The position numbers and the translations under genes are program-made. A stretch of 63,943 nt of DNA, counting the filler, from Piptocephalis cylindrospora (taxonomy: Eukaryota): NCBI GenBank assembly GCA_003614145.1. It is 20 parts of 20 records of this genome, joined end to end, with 100 filler letters (N's around TTAATTAATTAA, not from the genome) between each part and the next. Parts side by side here need not be neighbours in the genome. Positions count along the whole stretch, not along the records: positions 48,583 to 51,679 come from KZ988752.1; positions 51,780 to 54,872 come from KZ988753.1; positions 54,973 to 58,060 come from KZ988754.1; positions 58,161 to 61,247 come from KZ988755.1; 16 more parts are not named here. One strand, given 5' to 3'. The notes under the pieces are model-generated. The model saw only the letters and a list, made by a program, of their open reading frames with translations. It did not search any database and was not told the origin of the DNA. This document shows, piece by piece, positions 48,588 to 61,247 of this stretch. Numbering within the stretch: position 1 is the stretch's first letter; every line of letters begins with the position of its first letter.

Positions 48588-49817
48588 TTGGCGGGAGATA
48601 ACTGGGAGCTCGACACTGGGAAATTGGCGGTGGAGGATAGGGAGTTTGAGTCTGAGGAGCTGACGCTGGAGCATGAGGAATTGGTAATGGAGGAAGAAGA
48701 ACTAGAGGAAGATGAATGGAAGTTTGAGATAGTAATAGTAGAAGTGCGTCTTAGGCAAGAAGAGCTGGAGGTAGAGGAATGGTTGATGGAGGAATTGGAG
48801 ACGGAGGAGTGGTTAGTGGAAGAATTGAATGTGGAGGCAACAGATGTAGAAACATCTAGCGTGAAAATCCTGGCGGAGGAAAATGTTGCTGGACCAACAT
48901 CTTCTCTATTCTACCAGGCTTCCGGAGATGTCTCAAACCAAAAAGGCAGCCAAACAATACCTGTCCTTTCCTCATTATGTGGCCAAGAAAATGCACATAG
49001 TACTATGGCTCCTTGTGTGTCTTTTCCCCTGGATCCCGGGTGCATAGAGGATATCAACTGGTTGACCTTAGCCTTGGCGGAGAATGCTTCTGAAGTATCC
49101 CTCACGGATGAGGAGCTCATAGCAATTTGTTCCTCCCCGGGAGTTCCAACTGTCCCGGAACATATCTTACCTGGATTTGTGGATCCTCAAATGATGCATG
49201 AGACTCAACTATTATTCACAGATGAAGAACTCCTGGCAATGGCTTCCTTCCCTGGAATCCAAGCTGTCCCAGGAGTCACCTTATCTGGATTGATGGATCC
49301 CCAAGATATGCACGAGGCTCAGTCATTATTCACGGATGAGGAGTCCCTGGCGATGTACTCCTTTCCCAGGCCTATGGGTCCTCAACCGATGCCAGAGGCC
49401 CCATCCTTTCTTTCAAACGAAACTCTCTTGGCCCTCATCTCCCTATCAGGATCACAGCCTTTACTCTCTGATGATGAATTCTTGGCTCTGTTAGCCCTTA
49501 TGTCTCCGATACCAGATGACACTGGATACTTTAGTTATATTTCTAACCCTCCTGAAATTAAACGAAAGCTAAGGAGAGCGAAATCTGGGATATTTGGAAA
49601 ATATCTTTCCAATCTACGGCAGCACAAATGTGTCCTGAACACCATGGCTCCCCCTTCCCCATCTTCCATTAAACGACACCAGAGATGGCGGAAGTGCATG
49701 CATTTTATGGATGCAAAAGGGCTTCTATGGTGGTTTAAAGGAGTCACTCAACAGGGATGTAGCCCACACTCCTCCAAGGTCTTATTAGATGAAGACGGTA
49801 AGTACATGAAGGATTAA
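48588..49817 (+). CDS. Hypothetical acidic protein with internal repeats; 5' partial
   Basis: 409-codon open frame with a Glu-rich periodic N-terminus and recurring (L/F)TDEELLA units of about 38 aa. Confidence 0.5.
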   Translation: MAGDNWELDTGKLAVEDREFESEELTLEHEELVMEEEELEEDEWKFEIVIVEVRLRQEELEVEEWLMEELETEEWLVEELNVEATDVETSSVKILAEENVAGPTSSLFYQASGDVSNQKGSQTIPVLSSLCGQENAHSTMAPCVSFPLDPGCIEDINWLTLALAENASEVSLTDEELIAICSSPGVPTVPEHILPGFVDPQMMHETQLLFTDEELLAMASFPGIQAVPGVTLSGLMDPQDMHEAQSLFTDEESLAMYSFPRPMGPQPMPEAPSFLSNETLLALISLSGSQPLLSDDEFLALLALMSPIPDDTGYFSYISNPPEIKRKLRRAKSGIFGKYLSNLRQHKCVLNTMAPPSPSSIKRHQRWRKCMHFMDAKGLLWWFKGVTQQGCSPHSSKVLLDEDGKYMKD

Positions 49818-50053
49818 TTTTAGCAACTTCTTTAACCAAGACACTAACTATAATTGCAACTTGGATATTTTTAGTACCTAATAACCGCGAGTTTCCTCAG
49901 GAACGACGCCTGCCCTCTCCCAAGAAAGCGCCTCGAAGTATCTTACGAAAGCAGTCTGAGAATTCAATAGCTGCTTCCACTAAAACCAAAAAGAGTGTTA
50001 TCTGGTGGGACTCGGCTCCGCATGACGACGATGGTCTGACCCCCTCCTCTGCG

Positions 50054-51328
50054 TTGTATCAGCCTTTCCAGGTTATAGAGGAAGGAGAAATTGGTGGAAA
50101 TTTTATCGATAAGATATCCTCTCGGATGGAGGTTAGCGCGGAGGAGAAAATGGGCAACCAACTGGAAGGCTTGGAAGCCACTATCAGAGGTGAGCCTTCC
50201 GTCGTGGGTGATATGGGGAAGGAATGGTACTTGATGGAAAAGGGACTAAAAACCCTTCCATCATTAACGGACGATCAAGTAGATGAGGAGAAACAACGGT
50301 TGAATTTCTGTGATGAGGAAGGCATTGAGGCTAGAAAAGCCTTCTCTTTTAATGCGATTCCAATTGCGCCTGCCTCCAAGAAAAGCTTGCTTACTCGCCT
50401 TAGAGTAAGCAAGCGCTTTTCAAAGAGCAAACCTTCTTCTACTTCTGTGGTTTCCCTTTCAAAAATTCTTGGAGCCCCTAAGGCGCATATGCCAGCTAGA
50501 CTGGGATCTGTAGGAAAGGATGCAGGCCAGTTAAGAAAAGGCACAACTACAAGTGGACGCGAGGTGATGGAGGATGTAAAAGCGAAGAAGGGTGGTGGGA
50601 GCAAATTGAAGGGAAAGGAAAAGTTGAAGAATCCCTTGGCTCGATCAAAGAAGAGTAAGAGGATCAAGCTTCGAAGGCCCAAGATGATGAAGATTGGCAA
50701 TAGATGGCTTCCAGTCCTTCGTGTAGGCTCACTACCCTCAGAGGATGAGCCCGAAAGCGTTTCGGTATCCGAGGCTTGGGGCAAAAAGCGACACCGTGAG
50801 GATGATTTGTCTGAGCAGTCGACAATATCCAGGCTGGATGGTTACAAGTCTGCCTTAGGAAATGGAGAGGGGGCTAAGGAGGCATCTGATGAATCGAGAG
50901 CCGGTACTTTCAAGACCTCCGGATTATTTAAGCGTGCCTTGAAGAGGTGCAAGAGGACCAAAGGGTATGAAAGGCCAGCGGATGAAGGTATGAATGATGA
51001 ACGGAAGCAAGCGGATGAGAACGCCAAGGAGTTGAAAAAGAGGACAGAACTTGCCGCTCCTCGGGATATGGTCGCACAAGGTGGAGAACATGCTGGCTCT
51101 AAGGGTTCATCACGCTTAAAGTCTATCTTCCGCCCACGCGGAGGAAAGGTTGGCCCAGTAGAGGCTTCCACGGGGATGAAGGCTAAAAGGTCACAAAAGT
51201 CAATCATCCAGAGTCGAATGAGGGGCCAGTATACCATCCATAGTACCTGCTCCAATGTACCCAGTCCTCATACTGCGTCAGCTGGTTCGGTGGCTCGTGA
51301 TAAGAGTGCAGACATATCCATCCATTGA
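50054..51328 (+). CDS. Hypothetical Lys/Arg-rich protein
   Basis: 424-codon open frame with no recognised domain. It may be spliced to the upstream ORF. Confidence 0.45.
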   Translation: MYQPFQVIEEGEIGGNFIDKISSRMEVSAEEKMGNQLEGLEATIRGEPSVVGDMGKEWYLMEKGLKTLPSLTDDQVDEEKQRLNFCDEEGIEARKAFSFNAIPIAPASKKSLLTRLRVSKRFSKSKPSSTSVVSLSKILGAPKAHMPARLGSVGKDAGQLRKGTTTSGREVMEDVKAKKGGGSKLKGKEKLKNPLARSKKSKRIKLRRPKMMKIGNRWLPVLRVGSLPSEDEPESVSVSEAWGKKRHREDDLSEQSTISRLDGYKSALGNGEGAKEASDESRAGTFKTSGLFKRALKRCKRTKGYERPADEGMNDERKQADENAKELKKRTELAAPRDMVAQGGEHAGSKGSSRLKSIFRPRGGKVGPVEASTGMKAKRSQKSIIQSRMRGQYTIHSTCSNVPSPHTASAGSVARDKSADISIH

Positions 51329-52258
51329 AGTGGTATTTTGTAAATCCTGTGAGTGGATGTATTATTACTACTTTTGCATGTGTAGATAATAAGTTAGTAA
51401 TAGCTTGATTTGATGAGATAGGATGGGATGGAATCTTCTGGCACCAATGCTGCTGTATTTGTACTGGCAGATTGCTTGATTAAATTTCTGTTAAGATTAC
51501 CATACTGCGCTTAAATGTGAAGTGTTTAATATTCGATATGGTTAATACGAGATCATCCAAATCCTACTTTTAAAAAAGAATATTACTGGGTAAAGTTGAT
51601 TTTGATTGGCTTTCTAGCTACTATATGAGAACCGAGACTAGAAGTTGAGCCATATACGTATCTCTTGTTGTTAGGATGANNNNNNNNNNNNNNNNNNNNN
51701 NNNNNNNNNNNNNNNNNNNNNNNTTAATTAATTAANNNNNNNNNNNNNNNNNNNNNNNNNNNNNNNNNNNNNNNNNNNNCTTCAACAACGTGGTCTTCTC
51801 CTTGGTTCAATCCTTTTACTTCCAGATCCCCCTCCACCGTACACTACTCAAGACGTGTCCCATCATAAGAAAATGTGGGAAGAGGGATAGGCTGGCTAGC
51901 TCTGACTGACCAGCAAAAGAGAGGCTTCGCACCCTCATATGCAATAGACCACCCTTCCAGCCTGTCTCATCCAAGTATCCGTCACTCAAACTCGCTCTCA
52001 CTCTCCTCTCAGTATATCAAGAGCCATCATCCAACCCAGGCCCAGTCACCCCACCGCAAAGTGCCGTTCCACCCCACCACGCTTGCGTTCTCTCGCGCTG
52101 TCCTCCGACCTTTTTAAAAGGGCCACACCCTACTGCCCGCGCCTTGAATCATTTTCATGCCCACCTTTCTTTCTTCCACATCTTCCTTCCACATCATCTT
52201 TCCCCCCCCACCTCCTTCCTCTCTTGACCCACCCATCCATCTCTCCCTAATCTCCACC

Positions 52259-52648
52259 ATGTTGCCTGCCCAGAGAAATAAGATCGACCTGAGTAAGCTA
52301 TCCGAGGACGAACTCAAGGCCTTCCGCAAGTACGGCAAGCTCCCCACCAACAACCCCAGCCTCCGTACCAACTTCCAAGAGCGCAAATACTTTGACTCGG
52401 GGGACTATTACCTCTCCAAGGCGGGAAAGACCACCGGTCCTGTCGGCAGCCAACACCCTTCCCCCGAGAATATCCCCCACACTTCCCCAGCCAACCCCGC
52501 TAACAACAGTGGTATGGGCTCTACCGCCGCTGCCGCCGCTTCTCAGGTCACCCCGAAGCACGAGTCTACCCTGGTTCATGAATCCACCGGCGACATGGTC
52601 AACCCTCCTGGCCAATCCGCCTCAGAGGGCTCGGCCAACCACCACTGA
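52259..52648 (+). CDS. IGO1: Endosulfine (Igo1/Igo2, ENSA/ARPP19 family)
   Basis: KYGKLP and the signature RKYFDSGDY. Confidence 0.93.
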   Translation: MLPAQRNKIDLSKLSEDELKAFRKYGKLPTNNPSLRTNFQERKYFDSGDYYLSKAGKTTGPVGSQHPSPENIPHTSPANPANNSGMGSTAAAAASQVTPKHESTLVHESTGDMVNPPGQSASEGSANHH

Positions 52649-53106
52649 GCGTGAGAGAGAGGAGAGTGGGTGACAAGGCGCCTCTTGATGCGTCAGGGGC
52701 GGCATAAGTGGCGAGAGGTATATCTTGGAGTGGTACGATTACCTCTCTCGACAAGGAGAGAAGGGAGGTGTTGGACGATGAGAGGGGATGATTGGGACTT
52801 CTCTACCATGAGGCTCTCCTCTTGATCAGCTCATCCACTCTCATCATCCGAGATATCGTGTGATGTGTGGCTTCTCCCGTGTCTTTACTTTCCCTCAATC
52901 AGTGTGCATGGGGGCGTGCGTGTATTAAATGAGTAGTTTTCAACTCTTCGTCAATGCCACGGATGATGCCACAAGTCCATCGAGGATGACCTTGAGTAAG
53001 AGAGTGAATCGATCAAGTAGAATCCTACGATGCAGCTCAAATCACTGTTCAGTATTCAAAGAAAAAGTCCACACACATCCTTTTCTCACCTCCCTGTACA
53101 CCGCGA

Positions 53107-54872
53107 TTAATGCTTCATCGCGACTCGATCCACCGGACACTCCAGTTGCTCCGCGCAATAGGGGCACTTGCCAAACATGACCCCCAGGCTGATCCTCGTA
53201 TCCGCTGTCGACATGAGCCACTGGGTAAGGGAATGAGTTGAGAGGGTGGGTCATCCAACTCACCCTATCCCTGCTTCATAGCCCAACTCATCTCTGCCAT
53301 CCACACCAGCCAACCCTACCTCAGAGAGACACGGGTGATGAAAGGGCCTTTCACAGTGAGTACAAAATTGGTCAGGTCCTTGGAATGTGCCTCTCGTGTC
53401 GACCGTCTCCTCAGGAGGACTCCAAGTATAGGCGTAGCAGATACCGCACTCGGAGGTCCCCATCTCCTCTTCGTCCTGGACCTCCTCTTGATCTCCCCCT
53501 GCTCCGATACCATGAGCCATACGGGTCAAGGTAAAGAGATTTTGGATATTTTGAAATACACTGTGTTTTTCCTCCCTGGTGAGAGTTCCGTCAGGGTTCA
53601 GAGAAAGAAAAGGTCAGTGATCATTACATCGATAGAAAGTACGGTAATAAGAGATCCTACCAGGTGGTCCGGCTTGACTCGATCCCCTCCCTCCATGGGG
53701 CTACTCTTCCTGCTGGCCCAAGGAGCCTCATGTAAGAAGGCAGAGATCTTGGAGATTGGGCAGACAAGTGGACATGAAGAGATACCGCGGGCCCTAGGAA
53801 AAAAGAAAAGGATTAGTTAGCAGCCAAGCCCCTTCTCCCATACTTCAATGGGGATTTCCTTCTAGATTCATACCAAGGGGGATACGAAGTGATACCCGGG
53901 GTTGAGGGGGATCTGGAAGTAAAAGGATTGAACCAAGGAGAAGACCACGTTGTTGAAGATCCCAAACCTCTCTCTTCACCTCTCCCCATTCTTCTTCAAT
54001 CTATCGCGGGGGAGGAGATACATTCAGGACACTAGAACGCCCTTACCTGACTATGACACTATCCCTCTCAAATACACCCACCTCGGCCAGCTCCTCCATA
54101 AGACCCAAAGCCCAGGATCCCCGGTAGAGCCGGGGTCGAATGGTCCGGGGAAGTGAGAGACAGGGCGTATGGTGGTAGAAAGGAGCCGCGGTGGGGAAGG
54201 AAGGTGGGAAAAGAATATCCATAGATGCCATACTGCCCTTTACATCCATAGAGGCTTTACTCTCCACGTCCATGTATGTCGCATCCTCCTTTATTCCTAC
54301 GGATTCCTCTCCCTCCTTCACGTCCATGGCATTCATCCTATACCCAGGAGGATGAGCAATAGCAGCGACACGATAAAGCACGGGTCTCTCGATCTCTATC
54401 TTACCCATGGTGATATGTCACCTTTATCCCTGCCACCTGGCTATTCTCCCCCGTCATGTCTCTCTCCTTCCCCTCCTCCTCCTCCTCCTCCTCTTTGCCC
54501 CATTACCTCCTTCTGCGAACTGTAGGCCCGCGAGGATATCGAGGATTCCTGGAGCTGTCGGTGAGTGAAGGACTATGACCAAGTCCTCTCGGTTGCTGTG
54601 TCGCGTATCTTACCTCCACTTACATCTCCCGCGCTCTCCTTAGCCTCATCAGTCTGTCCCGGTGGACCTGAGCGTAGTAGGGGATGGGGGGTTACGCTTA
54701 CGAACTGAGCCAGCGGCATCCCGAACGCTACGTCAACGCTGGAGCTATCAAGAACTGGTTTGTGTCTTGTTGACTCAGATGGGTTCTTCTCACGTCTACT
54801 CATGTGCTTTCAATCCTCCATAGACAGCACCTCTTCCAGGAGTATTAGAAGCCATCCATGGAGCTTTGGTGA
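53107..54872 (-). CDS. FANCL: E3 ubiquitin ligase FANCL, multi-exon; 5' extent uncertain
   Basis: C-terminal RING CGICYAY...PDQFCTHCERPFHHPCLSE/WL...GVMFGKCPYC. Upstream UBC-like segments read VSLHVHLSAQSPRSLP and VFQNIQNLF. Confidence 0.8.
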
Positions 54873-54972
54873 NNNNNNNNNNNNNNNNNNNNNNNNNNNN
54901 NNNNNNNNNNNNNNNNTTAATTAATTAANNNNNNNNNNNNNNNNNNNNNNNNNNNNNNNNNNNNNNNNNNNN

Positions 54973-55671
54973 CTCATCATGTCCTGTACCTGTCTAGTTT
55001 ACGGGTGCAGTTTTGCCTCGGCTTTACGACAGAGTATCCAAATGATGGAGGAGGGACTTCGACACCTGGAACCCTCGAGATCATCGACCATGATCGGGAC
55101 TAACAATCCCGCCTCTATTGCAGCTACTGAAGAGGTCACGGAACGTAAGAGTCGGTGGTCCATTCGGACGGCCAAGGGGCTATTTGCCCCCTCCACTTCT
55201 CAGGGGCATGGAGGGAGCTCCCATGGGACCATGTCTAATGGCACCTCCTCACACTCTTCCACTGCATCCAATTCCTCACCTCCACGGACCCTAACAAGTA
55301 TTGAGGCCAAGGCCGTCCTGCAGAAGATTACCTTCCTCAACCTATTTCTTGCCAACTCCAATTTTCTTGCCAGTGTCGGATGTTTCCTCCTCGCGGCCTT
55401 ACCCTCTCAGGTTTTTGCTATGTCGGTACTGTCCAAGATCTTGTGCTTCTTGCTACTGATTACCATTCCTTGTGAGCTCCAAATGGCGATGCTGTGTAAT
55501 TTATACACGGAAATCCGGCGCCGAAAGATGAAGAGTCATTTTCATGCCCAATCGACCTCCCTTGTGTCGCAGGCCATGCAAATCCGACAAAAGGTCTTGG
55601 CCCATCCCGTCAAGCCCAGCTCTACCCCCAGCTCTCCTCCCCCTGCCTATCTCCCATCAATTCAAGTTTGA
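54973..55671 (+). CDS. Multi-pass membrane protein, C-terminal part (GPCR-like topology possible)
   Basis: A long Ser-rich loop, then two hydrophobic helices and a basic juxtamembrane tail. Confidence 0.5.
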   Translation, partial: LIMSCTCLVYGCSFASALRQSIQMMEEGLRHLEPSRSSTMIGTNNPASIAATEEVTERKSRWSIRTAKGLFAPSTSQGHGGSSHGTMSNGTSSHSSTASNSSPPRTLTSIEAKAVLQKITFLNLFLANSNFLASVGCFLLAALPSQVFAMSVLSKILCFLLLITIPCELQMAMLCNLYTEIRRRKMKSHFHAQSTSLVSQAMQIRQKVLAHPVKPSSTPSSPPPAYLPSIQV

Positions 55672-56108
55672 TCATTCCAAGGGGCTACTATTTATCGGAT
55701 CATGGATACTGCATTATTATTATAGTGGGAGGCTCTGATACATGGGAGGGAAGTAGTGATGGGTGTCGGACGTGTGCGATCATTATCAAGTAAATATAGT
55801 CTTTAAAATGCACGGTAGACACTTCAATATGCAAATGATAACTGTCCGGAGCTTCAGCTGCATCAGCTTCATCGTGCGTCAGAGGTAGTTGGCACCGATG
55901 CCGCGCATAATAACCAGGGCTATTGGGATTGTGTTTCCTGGCCTCTCATGCTCCTGGATTGGTAATTTTTATGGAAATGCGCTTTATGCGCAGCAATCCA
56001 CCCTCATTTACTTAACGAACATGTGCAGAGGAAATGTATAGCTCTATAATAGCTGTTCACCGGTTGATAAATGGTGTATGAGGGGGGCATCGGCAAATCC
56101 TCGCTTCC

Positions 56109-56805
56109 TTGCTCGAAACCTTATTGTCTACCCTTGATCGTACCCAGAACAAGTACTCTTATCCTATCAACTTTTGCTCTCCAGATCATATCCGCGTCCA
56201 CGATACCTTATCCATCTCCAGGCCATGGTTGCAAGACGTGACAACTCCGCCGCTAAACGACTCTCAGGTCCTCATTGTTCCCAGCATTGAGGAAAAATGG
56301 GCTGGTCTATCTTCTCCTCCCCCTCCTCACTTTATGGACCCCCCTTCCTGGCTCACTCTTCTTCCTTGTGTCTTTAAAGTTTTGGGAACGCGAGATACGT
56401 CGCGGTGTGTCCCTTGGGATGAGATATGGGCCGAACTATGCCAGCACCCCCCTTCGACGCCCCTACCAGGGTGCCCAGGCTCTCTGCGTGGACCTCATAT
56501 CGAAATTTTGGTAGATACGCTGGACTGGGCACTCTTGCACAAAGGGACCTTCCATCCTCGGACCCTTCCTTCCCTTCCTCCCCTGCTTCACCCAATGGCT
56601 GAGCATATGAAAAGGTCCGTGTCTCCTAGGAGCCATCTCCTAGATATATCCCATACACTAATGATGCAAGGATCGATTGGGGGATAGACGCCATCGGATG
56701 CAGGCGTGTATGACTCAAAAGGTGCTCCCAGCTTCATTGTTACCTGATGCTCTCCATCGACATGAAGCGCTCGTTCATGCCTTGGTGGACATGATTCACT
56801 CGGTA
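56109..56805 (+). CDS. Hypothetical protein, weakly Elongator subunit Elp5-like
   Basis: ILVDTLDWALL resembles Elp5 IALDSLSWLLL. The exon structure is unresolved and the Elp5 acidic C-terminus was not found. Confidence 0.3.
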
Positions 56806-58404
56806 GGTCGCGTGTACTAGGAGAAGGCTGATGAATGGAAGAATGAAGAAGAATGAAGGAAAAAGAAAGTAGAAAGGGCGATTAAGGCTCAGGTTGGTCA
56901 TACCTTGTCCTCACCCTAAAATAGGTCTTATACCAGCATTATCATAGGCATCAAAAGTAGTTTAACCACGGAAAGACACGGACCTTCTCATTTTACCGGG
57001 GCATGTATCCTTCTGCGGGGATATAGATCTTTTTGAAAGGACTTTCCGTATGCTACACTAAGGAGGAGAACATATCTTACCGCTCATGATTCACTCCACT
57101 TCCTCTAGCAGACCACCTCAACCCCCGTGATCCTTTTTCCCCGTTCCTTGACCCCATTATATGCTGCATACCATCTAGAATGCATGGGGCTTCCGGGGGA
57201 GACGGCCCGAGATTGGGTATGCCTGGGGGCCCCCTTCTTCACCCCTTCCTCTATAAACACAGGGATACTCTGAATAATGGTATCAGGCACACATGGAGAA
57301 GAAGCGGTTGGCAGACAAGTGGAAATTTCTAGATGAGTGGATGATGGTTGCGGTGTGTGGTCCGACAGAATTTCCCTGTTATGTCGATGCAGCATCCTGC
57401 AGCTGATGAGAATGACTGAAGAGCCAGGGGGTGGTGAGGTATTGTCCTCATCTTCTTTGCCTAAACTTGAAGGCAAAACAAGGAAGAGGGAGAGGACTGG
57501 AGCCAGGATAAGGGTGCCTCGGCTTAGAAGGGGAATATCGACCCGGGATTGACTAGGCATTTTGTCCCTTCTCCGCCGTTAAATAGTACCGGATGGATTC
57601 CAGGGTTCCTGATAACTAAATACCGATTCATATGAAACAGATCATGGGAATAGGTACGCTGGTCATCATATTGGAATCACTCATGATAGGAAGGATGGGG
57701 GTGTACAGAAGAAGGAATGAAAGACGAAAAGATGGACGGGACGTAGTTTACGATCATGTATGGCCCATGCTCGATTCCCAAGGACCTATCACCCCTCATC
57801 CTTCTCATATGGCGTAATATTGATAGCTCTTGCATTTTCCATGGGTAACCCTCCCCAGCACAAGAAAGGGCCATGTCATCTGTTCAGATCGCCCTCCATA
57901 ACAAGTCCACTATAAGCTCATCAGGGAGAATTGAAGGATGATGTCGGTGTTGCTGCCCATAGCACCTATTCTTCTCTCTCACATTCCTCTAAAATTCTGG
58001 CGTAGAATCCGTACATCATATACCATCCGTCAAGAGCAATCTAGAGGAGAGACATGTGCTNNNNNNNNNNNNNNNNNNNNNNNNNNNNNNNNNNNNNNNN
58101 NNNNTTAATTAATTAANNNNNNNNNNNNNNNNNNNNNNNNNNNNNNNNNNNNNNNNNNNNGTGGTCTCTCTCTCCCTCCCTCCCTCTTTTCAGCCCTTCT
58201 CCTCCCTCCATTCTACACCTTGGCGTACGTGAGTGACCCTGAGAGCAAGTAAGCCAGCCGCCTCCTTCCTCCCTCGTCCTCTACCTATCCACCCACCCAC
58301 CCACCTACCCATTTATCCTTCCTTCATCTCCCACCGGGTGTACGATCTCCCCTGATCCTCCTACCCAATCCACCCATCCTCCTATCCCTTTGCTCCTTTG
58401 ATTT

Positions 58405-61247
58405 ATGGATCTTCGCAGGATCTTGTCCTTGAGCCAGGAGAAGGCCCCTTATGGCCTTTCTTCCTCCTCCTTCACACATCCCCTTTCCATCCACCATTTT
58501 CTTACCCTCAACCTCCTTTTTACCCTTCTCATCGCCCTCATCCTACCCCTTCAGCCAGTCGCCGCCCAGACTACTGGGTCAAGTGGAGTGGGGTCCCCTG
58601 GTGCAGGTAATGCATCCGTCTACGATATCGATATGGTCTTCATGCGCACCTCCTATGCTTGTGCCAGTTCCGACGACATGGAAACCCTGGCCGTGACCGT
58701 GGCCTCTACTTCTGAAGCCCGTCTCCGTCTCTTGGATCTAACCCAGGGTGGGAATGCCCCTGTCCTTTCCAAGGACCTTCCCCTGGGCATTGAGGCCTCC
58801 CGCTGCATCCCAGCCCCCCTTCCTACCGATGAATACGCCGTGGTATGTGCCGGAGGGAAGGCTGGAGTCCAGCTACAGATCATCAGTGCGAATGGCACTG
58901 TCCTGGTCGATCGTGAGCTCGCTGACGCCGCCTCCGTCAACGCCTCCACCCGTGCTCACTGGGCCCGTACCCTTAGTCTCGTCGCCTCCCCCCTCCCCGA
59001 TGCTGGCTTCCTCGTCGTGTGGGATGATAAGGTTTCCCGCTTCCACCATAATGGTCAGCCCATGGGTACCCCACAAAAGCTTGGGACCTCCTTCACCGTC
59101 CTCGGCACCGTCCAAGTTCTCCCCACCGTCGACAACCGCTTCGCCCTGATCCACCTAGAGAGGCAGACTCGACCCGCCTCAACATCCACTGCTGCTGCCC
59201 GGCAGAACCGTCTTCGGTTTGCCACGGTCAAGGACGAGGTCGTTGCCCGCACCGTCATTGCCACCTACACCACCCAGGAGGATGCCCAAACCTCTACCCG
59301 CACGGTTGTCTCCCGCATCGTCGGGGACACCAGTGACCTCAACATCTCCGGATGCTCCCTGCTCCCGGCCTCCCAGGGTGTTGCGTGCGTCTTGCGCCAG
59401 ATGGAATTGTCCTCGGGTCACACCAACCTCTACGTCCAGCGCTTCCAGGCCTCGGGCCACTCTGAGGACATTGCTCCCAATGATATCCTTACCCTATCGG
59501 CCCGTGAGTTGGGATCGGCCATCGGTCTTCCCCGCGGTGGCTTCCTCATTCCGGGCGTTGGTCAGTCCTCCGGGTCTGCTGCCGTCCTGGGCGGGAATGG
59601 CCATATCATCTCGGCTCGTGCCCGTTTCCCCACCCCCGGAGCCAGTCGAGGGGGCTTGATGGGCGGTGCCTTTTGCACCATGCCTAACAACCGTGTCGTC
59701 AGCATCATGCCCGCCAAAGAGGGGGCGAATAAGGCCTATGGATGGTACCCAGTTTTTAGTGACGTATCTTCCGAGGTAGTTGGTAAGCTCTCCCCACCCC
59801 CCCATCTTTCTGCTTCTTCCTCACCTTTTTCTCTTTTCCTTACATTGTCATGCACTCTTGATTAGAAAACGCCTATGGGAACCCCCTTATTACGGGAATT
59901 ACCCCGATCCCGGAAGGCGTGGCTGGAGACACAGTCCCAGTGATTACCGTTGCATTTGCCGAAAGCGTTGTCATCGGCTCAGGAAACATGACCATCCTTG
60001 CAGTGGATGAGCCCGGCATCGTTCGATACCAGATCCCCTCCTCAGAGGTCTTGGTATCCCGGGACGGATCCTCTATCACCCTTGCCGGGATCCCTAAGTA
60101 CGTCTTTGCCCGTCGGGGGACTCAATACCTTATTGCCATGGACGGGGACTTTGTTCGGACCTCTCTGGGTGAGCCTATCAGTGGCCTTCAGTGGACCATC
60201 GCCACGGCCACTGGGGATATGACGGCCGCTCCCATGGTGGACATCAAATATCTCCAGTTCAGGTTTAACGACATTGCCTTCCCCAAGTCTCGGGAGGAGG
60301 TGGGGACATGGTTGGACCAGGTAGCCCACTACCTCGGAGCCAGCGGACGTTTCTCCATCGAGTCATTGGACAACACGGTCATTGTTGTGCGGATCAACCC
60401 AGGGGAGAAGGGGGAGAGGTCGGCTGAGGATCTATCCGGACTCCTCACTGATCTCCTCACCTCGGAAGCCCTAGGTTACACGGATCTCGGAACAAGTTCC
60501 CAGACCATTGGGGCCTATACCCCGGGAGACGGAGTGTCCGGACTCGCGTTCAGCACGGCCCCGACCCTCAAGGACCCCATCTCGGCTGGGTACCTGCTAA
60601 AGCAGAATGCCATTGTCGCGGGTATTGCCATTGGCTTTCTTCTCCTCGTGGCCATCCTCTACCTGATTGCTCGACGAAAGGATCCGACAGCGGATAACAT
60701 GGCCATTTTCTCCCTGGCACTTTCCTTGTACGATGTGGCCGGAGACGTGTACTTCCTCCTCAAGGCTACCCGGTCCACTAGTCGGGACGATTCGTTGTAT
60801 GCCCCGGCGCTCGTCTTCTTTATCCTTCCTTACGTCCTGAATGCCCTATTCACTGGCAGGATCCTCCTGAGGGAGCAGTCAGGGAATGAGCGGTTTCGAC
60901 TCTGGTTCTCCGCCCATCCCTGGCTCGTTACGGTCTTTGCCCTCTTGGGAACGGTGTATCCCGGGACGCTGGATGTCATGGCTTCGGGGATTGCCGGTTC
61001 CCGGACACTTCGGGCACCCTTCTCTCCCGCCGCCGAATTCGACATTTCGGCGGCTACGCTGGCCAATCTGTTCTTTGAGAGCATCCCTCAATTGGTGATC
61101 CAAGTGATGTATCAGGTGCGAACGACGATGAACGATGTGATTGTCCAGTTGACCATCTACTTCAACGTCTTTATCCTGATCATGTCGGTGATTCGGCATT
61201 CACTTTGGATGTCAGGATTGGTGGCAGAGCGCAAGGCCAAGGGGGGC
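58405..61247 (+). CDS. Large cell-surface protein: signal peptide, ectodomain with Ig-like module, multi-TM XK-like C-terminus; 3' partial
   Basis: Exons 58405-59782 and 59866-61247 join in frame across GTAAGC...TAG. ITVAFAESVVIGSGNMTI is Ig-like, and the TM region contains FFESIPQLVIQ. Confidence 0.8.

Noticed and set aside
51780..53958. Apparent transposon capturing the endosulfine gene between 55-bp inverted repeats
   Set aside because: Same exact 55-bp contig-edge pattern, and the inner copy lies within the FANCL gene region.
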